Assembly: GCA_038733315.1 (NCBI GenBank)
Contig: JAVYPJ010000001.1
Coordinates: forward strand, 231,863 to 295,862
Direction: 5' to 3'
Source of the DNA: Candidatus Aenigmatarchaeota archaeon
GTDB lineage: Archaea > Aenigmatarchaeota > Aenigmatarchaeia > CG10238-14 > SpSt-28
DNA: 64,000 bases
In this document: piece after piece, positions 1-10,152 of the stretch
How the letters are laid out: each line of letters begins with the position of its first letter
Position numbering within the stretch: the first letter of the stretch is position 1
Made by a program: the position numbers and the translations under genes
The notes under the pieces: model-generated
What the model saw: the letters and a program-made list of their open reading frames with translations, nothing else
Database searches by the model: none
Told to the model about the DNA's origin: nothing

Positions 1-21
1 AGAATTATAAAAAACAATGAA

Positions 22-1302
22 CTAAACCTGAATTTGGGCTGTTCCACCGGCATGCCAGCTTAATCTAGGTCTAATTATTGCTGTAAATATTCTTTCTAGG
101 TTATCGTCTAAAATTAGCGCAGCTCCATATACTCTTGGTAATTTATTAAAATAGTATTGAAAATCTTCTTCCATATATGTCTGCATTACAGAATGTAATG
201 CTTTTAAATCTTCTCTAGAGGTTAATCTAAAAGAAATTACTATGTCTGTCTGACTTAATAAATCTTGATGTAATTTGTTTGGCATTTGTGTTATACAAAC
301 TAAATTTACTCCCGGCTCTCTTCCTTGTTTAGCAATAGTTAGAATAGGTTCTAATGCAATAGTTTTTCTATCGCTTGGAGCAAAGTTTTGAGCCTCCTCA
401 AAAATAAGCCAAGTAATTGGAAAGAAAAATTTTTGAATTCTACCCTCTATTTTTGCTACTTCTTCTTCCTTTCTTGACAAAACCCTTTTAAAGTAGGTAT
501 TTGAAGTAATCCAAGCAGCAATCATATTTATTATAGCATTACTTTTAACTCTAGATAAATCTATTACACTTACTTTTCCAGGAATTACTATATCTTCTAT
601 TTTGCTTCCTTCTTTTTCGAAAATGCCCCAAGTATCTACTGTTTTAAATATAGAAATTAATGTTTTTTTGACGTTTTCATCCATTTCTTTATCTTCTTGC
701 AACTTTCTTATTATATCTTTTAAATCATATTTCCCTATTTCCTTTTTTAGTTCTGCCAAAATTTTTTCTAAGGCAATTGCAAGATTCGAAGTTCTTTCCC
801 ACTCAAAAGTTTTAACCCAATCTTCTATACTAAAATCGCTAGTGGTTAAAGTTAATGTTTTATCTACAGGTATTCCAGCATTTATATAATCTTGAGCTAA
901 ACCTTTTGGGACAAAAACTTCGATAAATTCTTTAAATCCCTTTGGTTCTAAATTCCATTGTTTTAATAAAAGTTTTTGTTGCTCGTTTGGAAATTTTATA
1001 CTCCAGTATATACCCATAGGATCTAAAATTACCATTGCAGATTTTTTTCTTATTTCATCTTCTAATTGGCAAAATTCTTCAATTATTACTCCACTAGAAT
1101 AGCTTTTTCCGCTACCCCTTTTTCCACAAATTAAAACAACATGACTTTTAGTAAAATCGAAATAGACTTTTGTAGTTAATTGCCAATCATATTCACCAAT
1201 AACTAAATGCCTTCCAATATAGCCAGCACCTTTAATTCCAAGTTTTTTCTTCTCTTCTTCACTTCTCCCAATAATTGTTTCAACAATTTCTGAAATTACC
1301 AT
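22..1302 (-). CDS. HerA/FtsK-like ATPase (DUF87 family)
   Basis: Walker A GKRGSGKS, LDPMG, Walker B FEEAQ, arginine-finger-like KQGREPG. Confidence 0.8.
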   Translation of the reverse strand: MVISEIVETIIGRSEEEKKKLGIKGAGYIGRHLVIGEYDWQLTTKVYFDFTKSHVVLICGKRGSGKSYSSGVIIEEFCQLEDEIRKKSAMVILDPMGIYWSIKFPNEQQKLLLKQWNLEPKGFKEFIEVFVPKGLAQDYINAGIPVDKTLTLTTSDFSIEDWVKTFEWERTSNLAIALEKILAELKKEIGKYDLKDIIRKLQEDKEMDENVKKTLISIFKTVDTWGIFEKEGSKIEDIVIPGKVSVIDLSRVKSNAIINMIAAWITSNTYFKRVLSRKEEEVAKIEGRIQKFFFPITWLIFEEAQNFAPSDRKTIALEPILTIAKQGREPGVNLVCITQMPNKLHQDLLSQTDIVISFRLTSREDLKALHSVMQTYMEEDFQYYFNKLPRVYGAALILDDNLERIFTAIIRPRLSWHAGGTAQIQV

Positions 1303-1366
1303 AAATTAAATCTTCATATTTCTACGTTATATAAACAAAGGATTTTATTAAGATAGTTTTGGTATT

Positions 1367-1437
1367 TGCGCCGGCCGGGATTTGAACCCGGGCTACCGGC
1401 TTGGAAGGCCGGTGTCCTACCACTAGACTACCGGCGC
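1367..1437 (-). tRNA. tRNA-Gly(TCC), no intron, CCA not encoded
   Basis: Reverse complement folds as a cloverleaf: acceptor GCGCCGG/CCGGCGC, anticodon arm CCGGC-CTTCCAA-GCCGG, T-loop TTCAAAT. Confidence 0.95.
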
Positions 1438-1488
1438 ATATAAAAATATTTGTTTAATTTTTATTTAGTTGGAGAATTAATATCTTAT

Positions 1489-1559
1489 GGGTCCGTAGTC
1501 TAACGGTAGGACGCCGCCCTGACGCGGCGGAGAACCCGGTTCAACTCCGGGCGGACCCA
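1489..1559 (+). tRNA. tRNA-Val(GAC), no intron, CCA not encoded
   Basis: Acceptor GGGTCCG/CGGACCC, anticodon arm CCGCC-CTGACGC-GGCGG, T-loop TTCAACT. Confidence 0.95.
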
Positions 1560-2306
1560 TTAATATGCTAAAGCTTGTAATAAATTTCTAGTCCCTATGG
1601 AAAAGCTTAAAACTGAAAAAGATGTTTTAATGAAGTTTTTAGAATCTTCACTTAAAGTTATGATATCCAAAAGTTTTATTAAAGATATTATAAAGATTAG
1701 TTTTATAAATAAATATCCTATTGAAAAGTATTCTAAGATTAATCTAGAAAAAACGTGCTGCTCGTAAAAACCGAAAAAAAGAACGTTTATTATTGTTATG
1801 GTTGCTTCATATAATTGCCCTATAATTAGCAATCTGTTAAATAGGTTTATTTTAGCTATGAAAATTAATATAATAAACAGAAATGATAATGGAAAATATA
1901 TAGATAAAGCTTGTAGATTTTTTAGTTCTAATTGAAATGAAAATGTAAAAAACATAAGAGTTCCTAAAATAAACGCAGTTTTTTCATAACTATTAGCTAA
2001 AATTTTTCTTGAAAGATACATCAATATAACAAAAAATATTATATATAATCCTTCAATCCAAGGGGTTATAAAAATAATGCTAGAAATAATTTTATAATCT
2101 TCTAAAACTCTAATTGCAGAGAATGGAAGCGCTAAAAAATGCGAAAATATAGCAAATCTATAATCGATTTTTATCTTTTGTTTCTTAACAAACTTATAAA
2201 GTAGAAAGATTGCTATTAAAAATACAATAGAATAAATAAATGTTTTAAAAAAGGTATATCCCTCTCTTTTAGGATCAAAGAAATATATATAAATTTCTTC
2301 TATCAT
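1560..2306 (-). CDS. DUF63-like multi-pass membrane protein
   Basis: Many hydrophobic helices; N-terminal GYT..KT..Y and C-terminal EQHV motifs as in archaeal DUF63. Confidence 0.65.
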   Translation of the reverse strand: MIEEIYIYFFDPKREGYTFFKTFIYSIVFLIAIFLLYKFVKKQKIKIDYRFAIFSHFLALPFSAIRVLEDYKIISSIIFITPWIEGLYIIFFVILMYLSRKILANSYEKTAFILGTLMFFTFSFQLELKNLQALSIYFPLSFLFIILIFIAKINLFNRLLIIGQLYEATITIINVLFFGFYEQHVFSRLILEYFSIGYLFIKLIFIISLIKLLDIITLSEDSKNFIKTSFSVLSFSIGTRNLLQALAY

Positions 2307-2317
2307 AAAAAACTTTT

Positions 2318-3115
2318 ATGAATAATATTGTTAGAGGATTACAATTACTTTTAGTGGCTTTAATTTTAGTTTTTGGAATATTTCTTTCGGGCTGTACTAA
2401 TTTACCATTAGATTCTACAGCACCAGCATTTAGCGCTAGAACTTCTAACGGTTTACTTATTAAAAGTGTGAATTACGAATCTAAAATTTCTGAAAAATCG
2501 GATGTAGAGATTGTGGTTAATATAGAAAATGCTGGATACGATGCTAATAACGTTAAAATTACTCTCTTTGGTTTAACTGATCGCTGGACTCCTAAACCGC
2601 CAATTTCAGAAAATATAGGTAGTTTAAAAAATGGAGAAACATATGAAAAAATATTCAAAGTCAAATCTCCTGAAATAGCTGAAAATAGAACTGATAGCTT
2701 TGGATTAAAGCTTGAATACGATTATACTTCTGTATATGAAGCTAAGATAGTTTTGAGAAAGAAGGATAAAAACATTACTGTTAGTCTAGAGGGAGAAAGA
2801 TTAGTTAAACCAGCTCCGATAACTTTTAAATTATCTTCTCACAAAATTTCAAATAACGTACTTTATCTTAACTTTTCTGTTTCAAATGAAGGAAGTGGAA
2901 AAACAAACGAAATAAGAATATATGCTGATGGTATTAGTTGCGACAGCTCGGCTGATTTAAAAAACAAATCTAGAGTTTCTTGTAGCGTTGAGATACCATC
3001 TTTTGACGAAGTGTTAGTTAAAGAATTTCAATTAAGAGCAGCATATAGATATGAATATCAAACAGATTTAGTTTATAAGATAAATGTATATAAAATTAAA
3101 CCAGAATCAGAATAA
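2318..3115 (+). CDS. Putative surface lipoprotein with Ig-like/CARDB-like domains
   Basis: Signal peptide with lipobox LSGC; beta-rich IENAG / VSNEGSG repeats. Confidence 0.65.
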   Translation: MNNIVRGLQLLLVALILVFGIFLSGCTNLPLDSTAPAFSARTSNGLLIKSVNYESKISEKSDVEIVVNIENAGYDANNVKITLFGLTDRWTPKPPISENIGSLKNGETYEKIFKVKSPEIAENRTDSFGLKLEYDYTSVYEAKIVLRKKDKNITVSLEGERLVKPAPITFKLSSHKISNNVLYLNFSVSNEGSGKTNEIRIYADGISCDSSADLKNKSRVSCSVEIPSFDEVLVKEFQLRAAYRYEYQTDLVYKINVYKIKPESE

Positions 3116-3124
3116 TAAACTATT

Positions 3125-5932
3125 TTAATCAAAAACAAAAACTATAGAGGGCCTTGCTGGTAAAGAATCCTTAGCTTTAACCTCTTTACTTTCCTCTTCT
3201 CTTTCTATTTCGAATTTACAATCGAATTCTTTTTCTAAAAATTCTTTATATTGAGATAAAACTTCGAACTCGTTTTCGATTAAATAGTTTAATATTTTCG
3301 ATTTTTTAATTATTTTTTTTGCAATATCATTATTAAAATATTTTTTGTTCAATTCATTCAGATTAATCCCACTTTCAATTTCTTTCTTAATATTTTTAGC
3401 GATTTCAAACTTTTCTTTATTCGCTACAATCAATTTTATTTCTTTTGGTTTTTTATTTTTAATTTTTAATATCTCTCTTATATCGCTTGTAACGAATTCT
3501 ATATACTCTTCGCTTTTTAATATATTCTCATCTATTTTTTCTACTTTTGGCCAAGAGATGTTTATAGCATCTTTTCCAATTTTTTCAAGAATTTCAGAAG
3601 TTATATGTGGAATTATAGGATTTAATATAATGTTTCTAGCTTCAATATAATAGTTTAAAACCTCTTTATTCGGAACCTTAACCCTATTCAAATATTTATT
3701 AAATTTATTCTCTAATTCAAACCATGCTCTTTGGATAACATTTTTAAAATTAAGGTTTTCATATTCTTGCTCCACTTCTTTAATAATTTTTTTGATAACA
3801 TTTTCAATCCACAAATCAATGTAGCTTTTCTCTTCCTTACCTTTATTATAATTTTCTATACAAAATTTATACCATTCTTTCAAATAGTTTTCGATTTTTT
3901 TGGATAAGCTTAACTCTATGTTTAAATCTTCTAGTCCAGCGTTTCCGGCATAAGCACTAAGAAATCTTAATATATCTGCTGAGTATTTTTCAATAGCATC
4001 TAATATAGGAATAAAGTTTCCTTTTGATTTGCTCATTTTTTCTCCATCAATTAACAAAAATCCATTAATTCCAATTCCTTTTGGCCAGTATTCATTTGGA
4101 AATATTGCAACATGATGGAAAATCATAAAGGATAAATGATTTGGAATTAAATCCTTTCCGCTAATTCTTAAATCCATTGGATACCAATATTCAAACTCTT
4201 TTCTCATTTCATTTAAAATCTTTTCATCAATTCCATATTTTTTAGAAATTTCTTTTGAACTTCCTTTTCCAAGAAATATATAATCAAAAAATTCTTCACT
4301 TAATTTATTTGCATCTATGTTTTTAATTAAATGAGCAATTGTATAATAAGCCATATAAATTGTAGAATCGGATAAACTTTCAATAATCCACTCTTTATCC
4401 CATGGTAATGGAGTACCTAAGCTTTCTTTATGTGTAAATGCCCATTCCCTTAGTATTTTTATAGAGGTCTCAAAATTTTTTCTAACACTTTCTGGAATTA
4501 TTTTCATTTTAGATAAACATTCTAAAGCTAAGTTTTTCCATTCCTCATTAGAATAATCTAAAAACCATTGATCGCTTAAAATTTTTACAATAACTTTATT
4601 TTTATATCTTGATTCAAATCTTATTGGCAAAGTATAATATTTTTCTGCAATTCCTAGAGAAATTAGTTTTTCAGCGAATTCGTTTTTAATTTCGTAAATT
4701 TTTCTATTTGAAAATTCTCCAAAAATCTCTTTTGTAATTGCGTTATAGAATTCTATCGAATAAATCTCCTCTGTAGCTTTTTCTAACTTTTCTTTATCGT
4801 TTTGAGAAGAGATTTTCATTTTTTCAACAATATCTTTTGCTGGGAAATCTGAAAATCCTTCTAATTTAAATAGAGATTTCATGTTTTTTAAGCATTTTTC
4901 AGCAACTTCTCTATATTCTTTATTTTCTGATTTTGCTAAATCAACTAATGCAATATAATCATAAGGTGCATGCGAAGGCACACTCATTACTATTCCACTA
5001 CCTATTTCAACATCAACAAAATTAGCTGGTAATATAGGAATTTTTTCTTTTGTTAATGGATTTTCAGCAAAATTTAGAATAAAGTCTTTTATATCGATTT
5101 TTTCTACAATTTCAACACTTCTTTCTTGATTTTTAATTTCTTCAATAACTATGGAATTTGGTAATAACCAAAATTCTTCATTTACTTTTGCAATTATATA
5201 TTCATAATCGGAATTTATCCAAATGTTTGTAACTCCGTAAATAGTTTCTGGTCTTAAGGTAAAGCATGGTAATATTATTTCTTTATCTTTGTAAAAAATT
5301 TTAAATTTTAAGAGATATCCCTCTATGTAACTAATTCCAGCAAAATCATCAGGTCTATCATGATCTCCAATAACCTTTTTAACTTTTGGATCCCAAATTA
5401 CTGGATGCCTACCTTTTTTTACAAAATCTCTCTCTTTTAATTTATAGTATTGCCATTCAATGAATTTTGAATAATGTTTATTTAAGCTTGTTGTAAAAAA
5501 TTCTCTTCTCCAATCTATGGAATATCCTAATTTTTTTAATGTCTCTTTTGCTTTCGGAACAAAATACTCAATCCAATATATTGGATCTTTAAACTTTTCA
5601 ATTTCTTTTTCGTTAACATGCATTAGTTCTATTAATTCTTTTTTAATTTTTTCCTCCCCCTCTTTTAATCTGTATGCCGCAGCTATTATTGGAGAGCCTG
5701 TTGCATGAAATCCTTGAGCAAATAAAACGTTATATCCTAATAATCTTTTAAATCTAGCAATAAATTCAACTCTAGAAGAAGTTGTTAAATGACCTAAATG
5801 CAATAGTCCATTAACATATGGATACGGAAAAGTTACGAAAAATTTTGGTTTTTCAGAAATGTTTGCTTCAAAAACTTTATTCTCTTCCCATATTTTTTGC
5901 CATTTTTCCTCTATTTCCTTCAAATTTATCAT
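3125..5932 (-). CDS. leuS: Leucyl-tRNA synthetase (archaeal type)
   Basis: PYPYVNGLLHLGH (HIGH), KMSKS, editing-domain GSGIVMSVPSHAPYDY. Confidence 0.97.
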   Translation of the reverse strand: MINLKEIEEKWQKIWEENKVFEANISEKPKFFVTFPYPYVNGLLHLGHLTTSSRVEFIARFKRLLGYNVLFAQGFHATGSPIIAAAYRLKEGEEKIKKELIELMHVNEKEIEKFKDPIYWIEYFVPKAKETLKKLGYSIDWRREFFTTSLNKHYSKFIEWQYYKLKERDFVKKGRHPVIWDPKVKKVIGDHDRPDDFAGISYIEGYLLKFKIFYKDKEIILPCFTLRPETIYGVTNIWINSDYEYIIAKVNEEFWLLPNSIVIEEIKNQERSVEIVEKIDIKDFILNFAENPLTKEKIPILPANFVDVEIGSGIVMSVPSHAPYDYIALVDLAKSENKEYREVAEKCLKNMKSLFKLEGFSDFPAKDIVEKMKISSQNDKEKLEKATEEIYSIEFYNAITKEIFGEFSNRKIYEIKNEFAEKLISLGIAEKYYTLPIRFESRYKNKVIVKILSDQWFLDYSNEEWKNLALECLSKMKIIPESVRKNFETSIKILREWAFTHKESLGTPLPWDKEWIIESLSDSTIYMAYYTIAHLIKNIDANKLSEEFFDYIFLGKGSSKEISKKYGIDEKILNEMRKEFEYWYPMDLRISGKDLIPNHLSFMIFHHVAIFPNEYWPKGIGINGFLLIDGEKMSKSKGNFIPILDAIEKYSADILRFLSAYAGNAGLEDLNIELSLSKKIENYLKEWYKFCIENYNKGKEEKSYIDLWIENVIKKIIKEVEQEYENLNFKNVIQRAWFELENKFNKYLNRVKVPNKEVLNYYIEARNIILNPIIPHITSEILEKIGKDAINISWPKVEKIDENILKSEEYIEFVTSDIREILKIKNKKPKEIKLIVANKEKFEIAKNIKKEIESGINLNELNKKYFNNDIAKKIIKKSKILNYLIENEFEVLSQYKEFLEKEFDCKFEIEREEESKEVKAKDSLPARPSIVFVFD

Positions 5933-5971
5933 AAGAATTTATTAATGAGAAAAACAATTAATTTATAAATT

Positions 5972-7816
5972 ATGGCAATTTCATACATTTTAGCTCAGCG
6001 CGGCAAATTTTTTCATAGATTTATAAATAGCGAGTTTCCAACAAAATGGTGTGGTTTATGGGATAAAAATAAGAAGTACTTAGATTATTTTGCTATAAAA
6101 ATTAATGATGAATGGCTATCTAAGGAAAATCAAAGCGGTTTTTTATATAATCTAAATTCAGCAACACATTTTTATGAGCTAAAAGATTTTGTAGTTAATG
6201 AAAAAATTTATTTTAAAAATGCTTTAATAATCTCTTTAAACATAACAAATAAAAAAGCAGAGTCTAAAAATTTTAGAATATTATTTGAGTTTGGGGCAAA
6301 CTTTAGAAATTTTGATGAAGGATTAATAGAAAAGAAATACGATGCTGAATATATTGAAAATAAAGCTATAGTAAAATCAGAAGATAGAAAAATGATTTTT
6401 AAAAGCAACAAAAACGGCATTTTTATTGGTAACGAAATATACAAAATTCATTATCCAAGCAATCAATCATTTAAGTGTTTTATTCCAAAAGATTTTGTAG
6501 TATACGATTTTATTGACAATTATTATAAAATTAAATTTTATTTCTTCTTGGAAAAGGAAATAATAAAAAAAGAAAATTTAAAGAGATTTTTATTAGAAAA
6601 TAGGTTAAATACAAATTTTGATTTTGTAGACGAATTATATAAAATAGCAATATTAAATTTGAATTCTTGTTTTAATGGAAATGCGTTTATTGCAGGATAT
6701 CCATGGTTTACATATTATTGGTCTAGAGACGCAGCGTTTTCGATAATTGGAGCGTCTTTAACTTCTATGCAGGATTTTTCTTTAAAAAGTTTATTGTATT
6801 TTTTTAAATATTTTGAAGATAATGTTCCAAACTTTATTTTAGAGAATAAAATAGCATATAATTCTAAGGATTCCTTACCACTTTTAATAATTTCTTTGTA
6901 TGAATATATTAAAAATACTGGAGATTTGAGTTTGTTAAATATTTTAAAAAATAAATTAATAAGGGCTTTCGAATGGTATAGAAAAAATTCTACTGAGCAT
7001 GGATTTATTTATAGTAATTCGAACGAAACCTGGATGGATACTATAGATAGGGAAGGTTATTGCTTAGAAATCCAAACGTTTTGGTATAAAGCTTTAGAAT
7101 GTTTATCTAAGATTTTTAGAATTCTTAAGTTAATAGAGCTTAGTAATCTTTCGAATATATATGCAGAAAAGTTAAAAGAGAATATACTTAAGTATTTTTT
7201 GAAAGACGGAGTTTTTGTAGATAACATTAAAAACAAAAGAGTAACTATAAATTCCATTTTTCCTTTTGTTTTTGATGTCTGTAAAGATAAAGAAATTTTT
7301 AAAAATATAGAAAGTCATTTGAAAGAAAATTTTGGATTTTTAAGCTTATCTAAATTTGATAGCGAGTTTAAAGATAATGAATATCATAAGGGGGCAAGTT
7401 GGTATCATTTGAATGCCTTAGTATCTTACATTTATTTTAAGCTTGGAATGTTTGAAGATGGTTTAAAAATGTTAAAAAATCTTTATGAGTTAAAAGATGC
7501 CTATTGTAAAAATTCTTTAATAGAGGTATATAATGCGAAGAATAAGGATATATTAATTAAAAAACCTATAGGATTTGAAGAAACTTCTTATTTGCAATCT
7601 TGGAGTGCTTCTTGTATTGTTTTTGCAATTCAAAAGGGTTTGTTAGGTATAGATGTAAATTCTATTAACTCTACTATATTTTTAAGACCTTATACGAATT
7701 TTTCTTTGAGGAGAAAAATTGGTAATGATTTCATAGAGATAAATACCTACAATAAAAATTTTTGGTATAGGAGTTCGAAGAACAGGAAATATAGAGTTAT
7801 TATAAAGTATTTATAG
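5972..7816 (+). CDS. Amylo-alpha-1,6-glucosidase / glycogen debranching enzyme (GH133-like)
   Basis: IAGYPWF..WSRD, TWMD, YHKGASW, QSWS motifs. Confidence 0.85.
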   Translation: MAISYILAQRGKFFHRFINSEFPTKWCGLWDKNKKYLDYFAIKINDEWLSKENQSGFLYNLNSATHFYELKDFVVNEKIYFKNALIISLNITNKKAESKNFRILFEFGANFRNFDEGLIEKKYDAEYIENKAIVKSEDRKMIFKSNKNGIFIGNEIYKIHYPSNQSFKCFIPKDFVVYDFIDNYYKIKFYFFLEKEIIKKENLKRFLLENRLNTNFDFVDELYKIAILNLNSCFNGNAFIAGYPWFTYYWSRDAAFSIIGASLTSMQDFSLKSLLYFFKYFEDNVPNFILENKIAYNSKDSLPLLIISLYEYIKNTGDLSLLNILKNKLIRAFEWYRKNSTEHGFIYSNSNETWMDTIDREGYCLEIQTFWYKALECLSKIFRILKLIELSNLSNIYAEKLKENILKYFLKDGVFVDNIKNKRVTINSIFPFVFDVCKDKEIFKNIESHLKENFGFLSLSKFDSEFKDNEYHKGASWYHLNALVSYIYFKLGMFEDGLKMLKNLYELKDAYCKNSLIEVYNAKNKDILIKKPIGFEETSYLQSWSASCIVFAIQKGLLGIDVNSINSTIFLRPYTNFSLRRKIGNDFIEINTYNKNFWYRSSKNRKYRVIIKYL

Positions 7817-7826
7817 GTAATAATTT

Positions 7827-9311
7827 ATGTTTGAGGATTTGATAAAGGCTGTTAAAAGCTTTATAGATGCAAAAGAAGTTGAATGTGGTAAAAAAGAGGA
7901 TAGATATTTTGTTGATTTTGATTGCAGAGTTTTATATAAGAATGATATAGAAAAAATTCAAAAATTTTTGGATGAAAATTCTAAGCTAAATTACGTAATT
8001 ATAGCTTTTTCTTCTTCTTTCTCTAAGAAGCTTAATAAAGCAACTCAAAGAATTTACTTTAAAGTTTTTGAGAGTAAAGAGGAAAAGGAAAAGTTTTTAA
8101 GAGAATTGGAAGAAGCTAAGAAAAAAGATCATAGATATTTGGGAGAAAAGTTAGACATTTTTCATATAGAGGAAGATATTATTGGAAGCGGTTTACCAAT
8201 TTTTCATTTTAATGGAGCTATAATAAGAAATGAGTTAATAAATTTAATTAGAGAGGTAAATAGAAAGTTAGGATATAGAGAAGTTTTTACTCCGCATGTT
8301 TCAAAAACATTTTTATGGAAGTTAAGTGGGCACTATGATAATTATAGAGATAAGATGTTTCTTTGGAAAGAAGATGAAGATGAAATGGGATTGAAGCCGA
8401 TGAATTGCCCAATGCATTTAACGATTTTTAAGTTTAGGGTAAGAAGTTATAGGGAATTGCCTTTTAGAATTGCCGAGTTTGCTACAGTATATAGAAAAGA
8501 GCAGAGCGGAGAATTACATGGATTAGCTAGAGTATATTGCATAACTCAAGATGACCATCATTGTATTTTAACTCTTGAGCATTTAAAGGATGAAATGAAA
8601 AAAATTATTACTGAAGTAATAAATGTTTATAATATTTTTGGTTTAGAAGTTAGGTTTAAATTATCTACGAGACCAGATGATTTTATTGGAAGCTTAGAAG
8701 ATTGGGATTTTGCTGAAAAAACTTTGAAAGAGATTTTAGATGAATTAAAAATTGAGTATGAAATAAAAGAGAAGGAAGGAGCTTTTTATGGCCCTAAAAT
8801 AGACTTTGATGTAAAAGATTCTATGGGCAGATTTTGGCAGTTAGCAACAATTCAATTAGATTTTAACGTGCCGAAAAGGCTTGGAATTACTTATGTAGAT
8901 AAGGATAATAAAGAAAAGAATCCAATAATGATTCATTTCGCTATCTTAGGATCCATAGAGAGGTTCATAGCTCTGATTTTGGAGCATTTTGCTGGTAAGT
9001 TGCCATTATGGATTTCCCCTATACAAACAGCGATTTTACCAGTTTCTGAAAAATTCTTAGATGAAGCTTATAAACTAAATGAGGAATTTTTAAGGCTTGG
9101 AATAAGGTCTGAAATTTTAAGTGATGGGACTATTGAATATAGAGTTAGAGATGCCGAAATGAGATATATACCATATATAATAGTCATAGGAAAAAAAGAG
9201 GTAGAATCTGGTAATTTAACCATAAGGTATAGAGGTACTCTATTTTCTATGAATAAAGAGGAGTTCAAAAACAAAATTGTAGAAAAAATTAAAAATAGAG
9301 AAAAGGATTAA
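7827..9311 (+). CDS. thrS: Threonyl-tRNA synthetase with shortened N-terminal (editing) region
   Basis: DHRYLG, LKPMNCPMH, QDDHH, GAFYGPKID, HFAILGSIERF, anticodon-binding domain. Confidence 0.95.
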   Translation: MFEDLIKAVKSFIDAKEVECGKKEDRYFVDFDCRVLYKNDIEKIQKFLDENSKLNYVIIAFSSSFSKKLNKATQRIYFKVFESKEEKEKFLRELEEAKKKDHRYLGEKLDIFHIEEDIIGSGLPIFHFNGAIIRNELINLIREVNRKLGYREVFTPHVSKTFLWKLSGHYDNYRDKMFLWKEDEDEMGLKPMNCPMHLTIFKFRVRSYRELPFRIAEFATVYRKEQSGELHGLARVYCITQDDHHCILTLEHLKDEMKKIITEVINVYNIFGLEVRFKLSTRPDDFIGSLEDWDFAEKTLKEILDELKIEYEIKEKEGAFYGPKIDFDVKDSMGRFWQLATIQLDFNVPKRLGITYVDKDNKEKNPIMIHFAILGSIERFIALILEHFAGKLPLWISPIQTAILPVSEKFLDEAYKLNEEFLRLGIRSEILSDGTIEYRVRDAEMRYIPYIIVIGKKEVESGNLTIRYRGTLFSMNKEEFKNKIVEKIKNREKD

Positions 9312-9314
9312 AAA

Positions 9315-10049
9315 TTATTTTACTATTTCTCCTAATAATTTTATTTGCAAGATTTTTCCTACAATGCCTATTATTATTCCTAATAATATCATGCTAACAA
9401 CTTTACATAAAATTACAATAGTTTCTCCCCCTATTGTTGTTATTTCAAAATTTTTTATAGGTGCACCAAGGATTAATTGTAGAGATAGCTTCATCCCTTT
9501 TGGTATATTTTTTATTTCTTGATTTGTTTCATGCTCAAAAAGATATAATAGGCTACCAAAAATAAAGATTGAAAAGATTAAAAGTAGAAATAATATTTGC
9601 AAATTTATCATTTCCTTTTCATCTAATATTGCTGAAACAACGTTTTTATCTAATCCTGAATATTTTAAAAGCTTTAGAACTCTTAAAAGCCTTATAATTC
9701 TAAGCAATCTAAGGAACCATAAAGTACCTATTGTCTTAATCCCAAAAACATAAAAGTATCCTGAAATTACAACTAAAAGATCTATAATCCCGAAAGGGCT
9801 TAATATATAATTAGCTTTTCTATTAGAGAAATATGCTCTTAGGACGTATTCTACTGTAAATACTGCTAGTACTAAAACTTCTAGATATAGAAACAAGCTA
9901 TGATATTTTTCATGAATTTCTTCAACACTTTCTAATGCAATTACTATACAAGAAATTAGAATTAATATCGAAATAATATCATTAAATATGTGGTATGATT
10001 TAGAGTTAGTGTTGTAAAAAACATTGTATATAATTTCTGATGTTTTCAT
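9315..10049 (-). CDS. Ion_trans 6TM voltage-sensor channel-like protein with non-canonical pore
   Basis: FTVEYVLR, IDLL, S4 LRLLRIIRLLRVLKLLK; no TVGYG filter. Confidence 0.8.
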   Translation of the reverse strand: MKTSEIIYNVFYNTNSKSYHIFNDIISILILISCIVIALESVEEIHEKYHSLFLYLEVLVLAVFTVEYVLRAYFSNRKANYILSPFGIIDLLVVISGYFYVFGIKTIGTLWFLRLLRIIRLLRVLKLLKYSGLDKNVVSAILDEKEMINLQILFLLLIFSIFIFGSLLYLFEHETNQEIKNIPKGMKLSLQLILGAPIKNFEITTIGGETIVILCKVVSMILLGIIIGIVGKILQIKLLGEIVK

Positions 10050-10152
10050 AAAATATTAAAAATAAAAAAGTCTTAATTATCAAAACGCTTTAACTCAAAT
10101 ATATTAAAGGAGCGTGCTGAAAAAATAAAAACTCGATTTAAATTTATATTTT

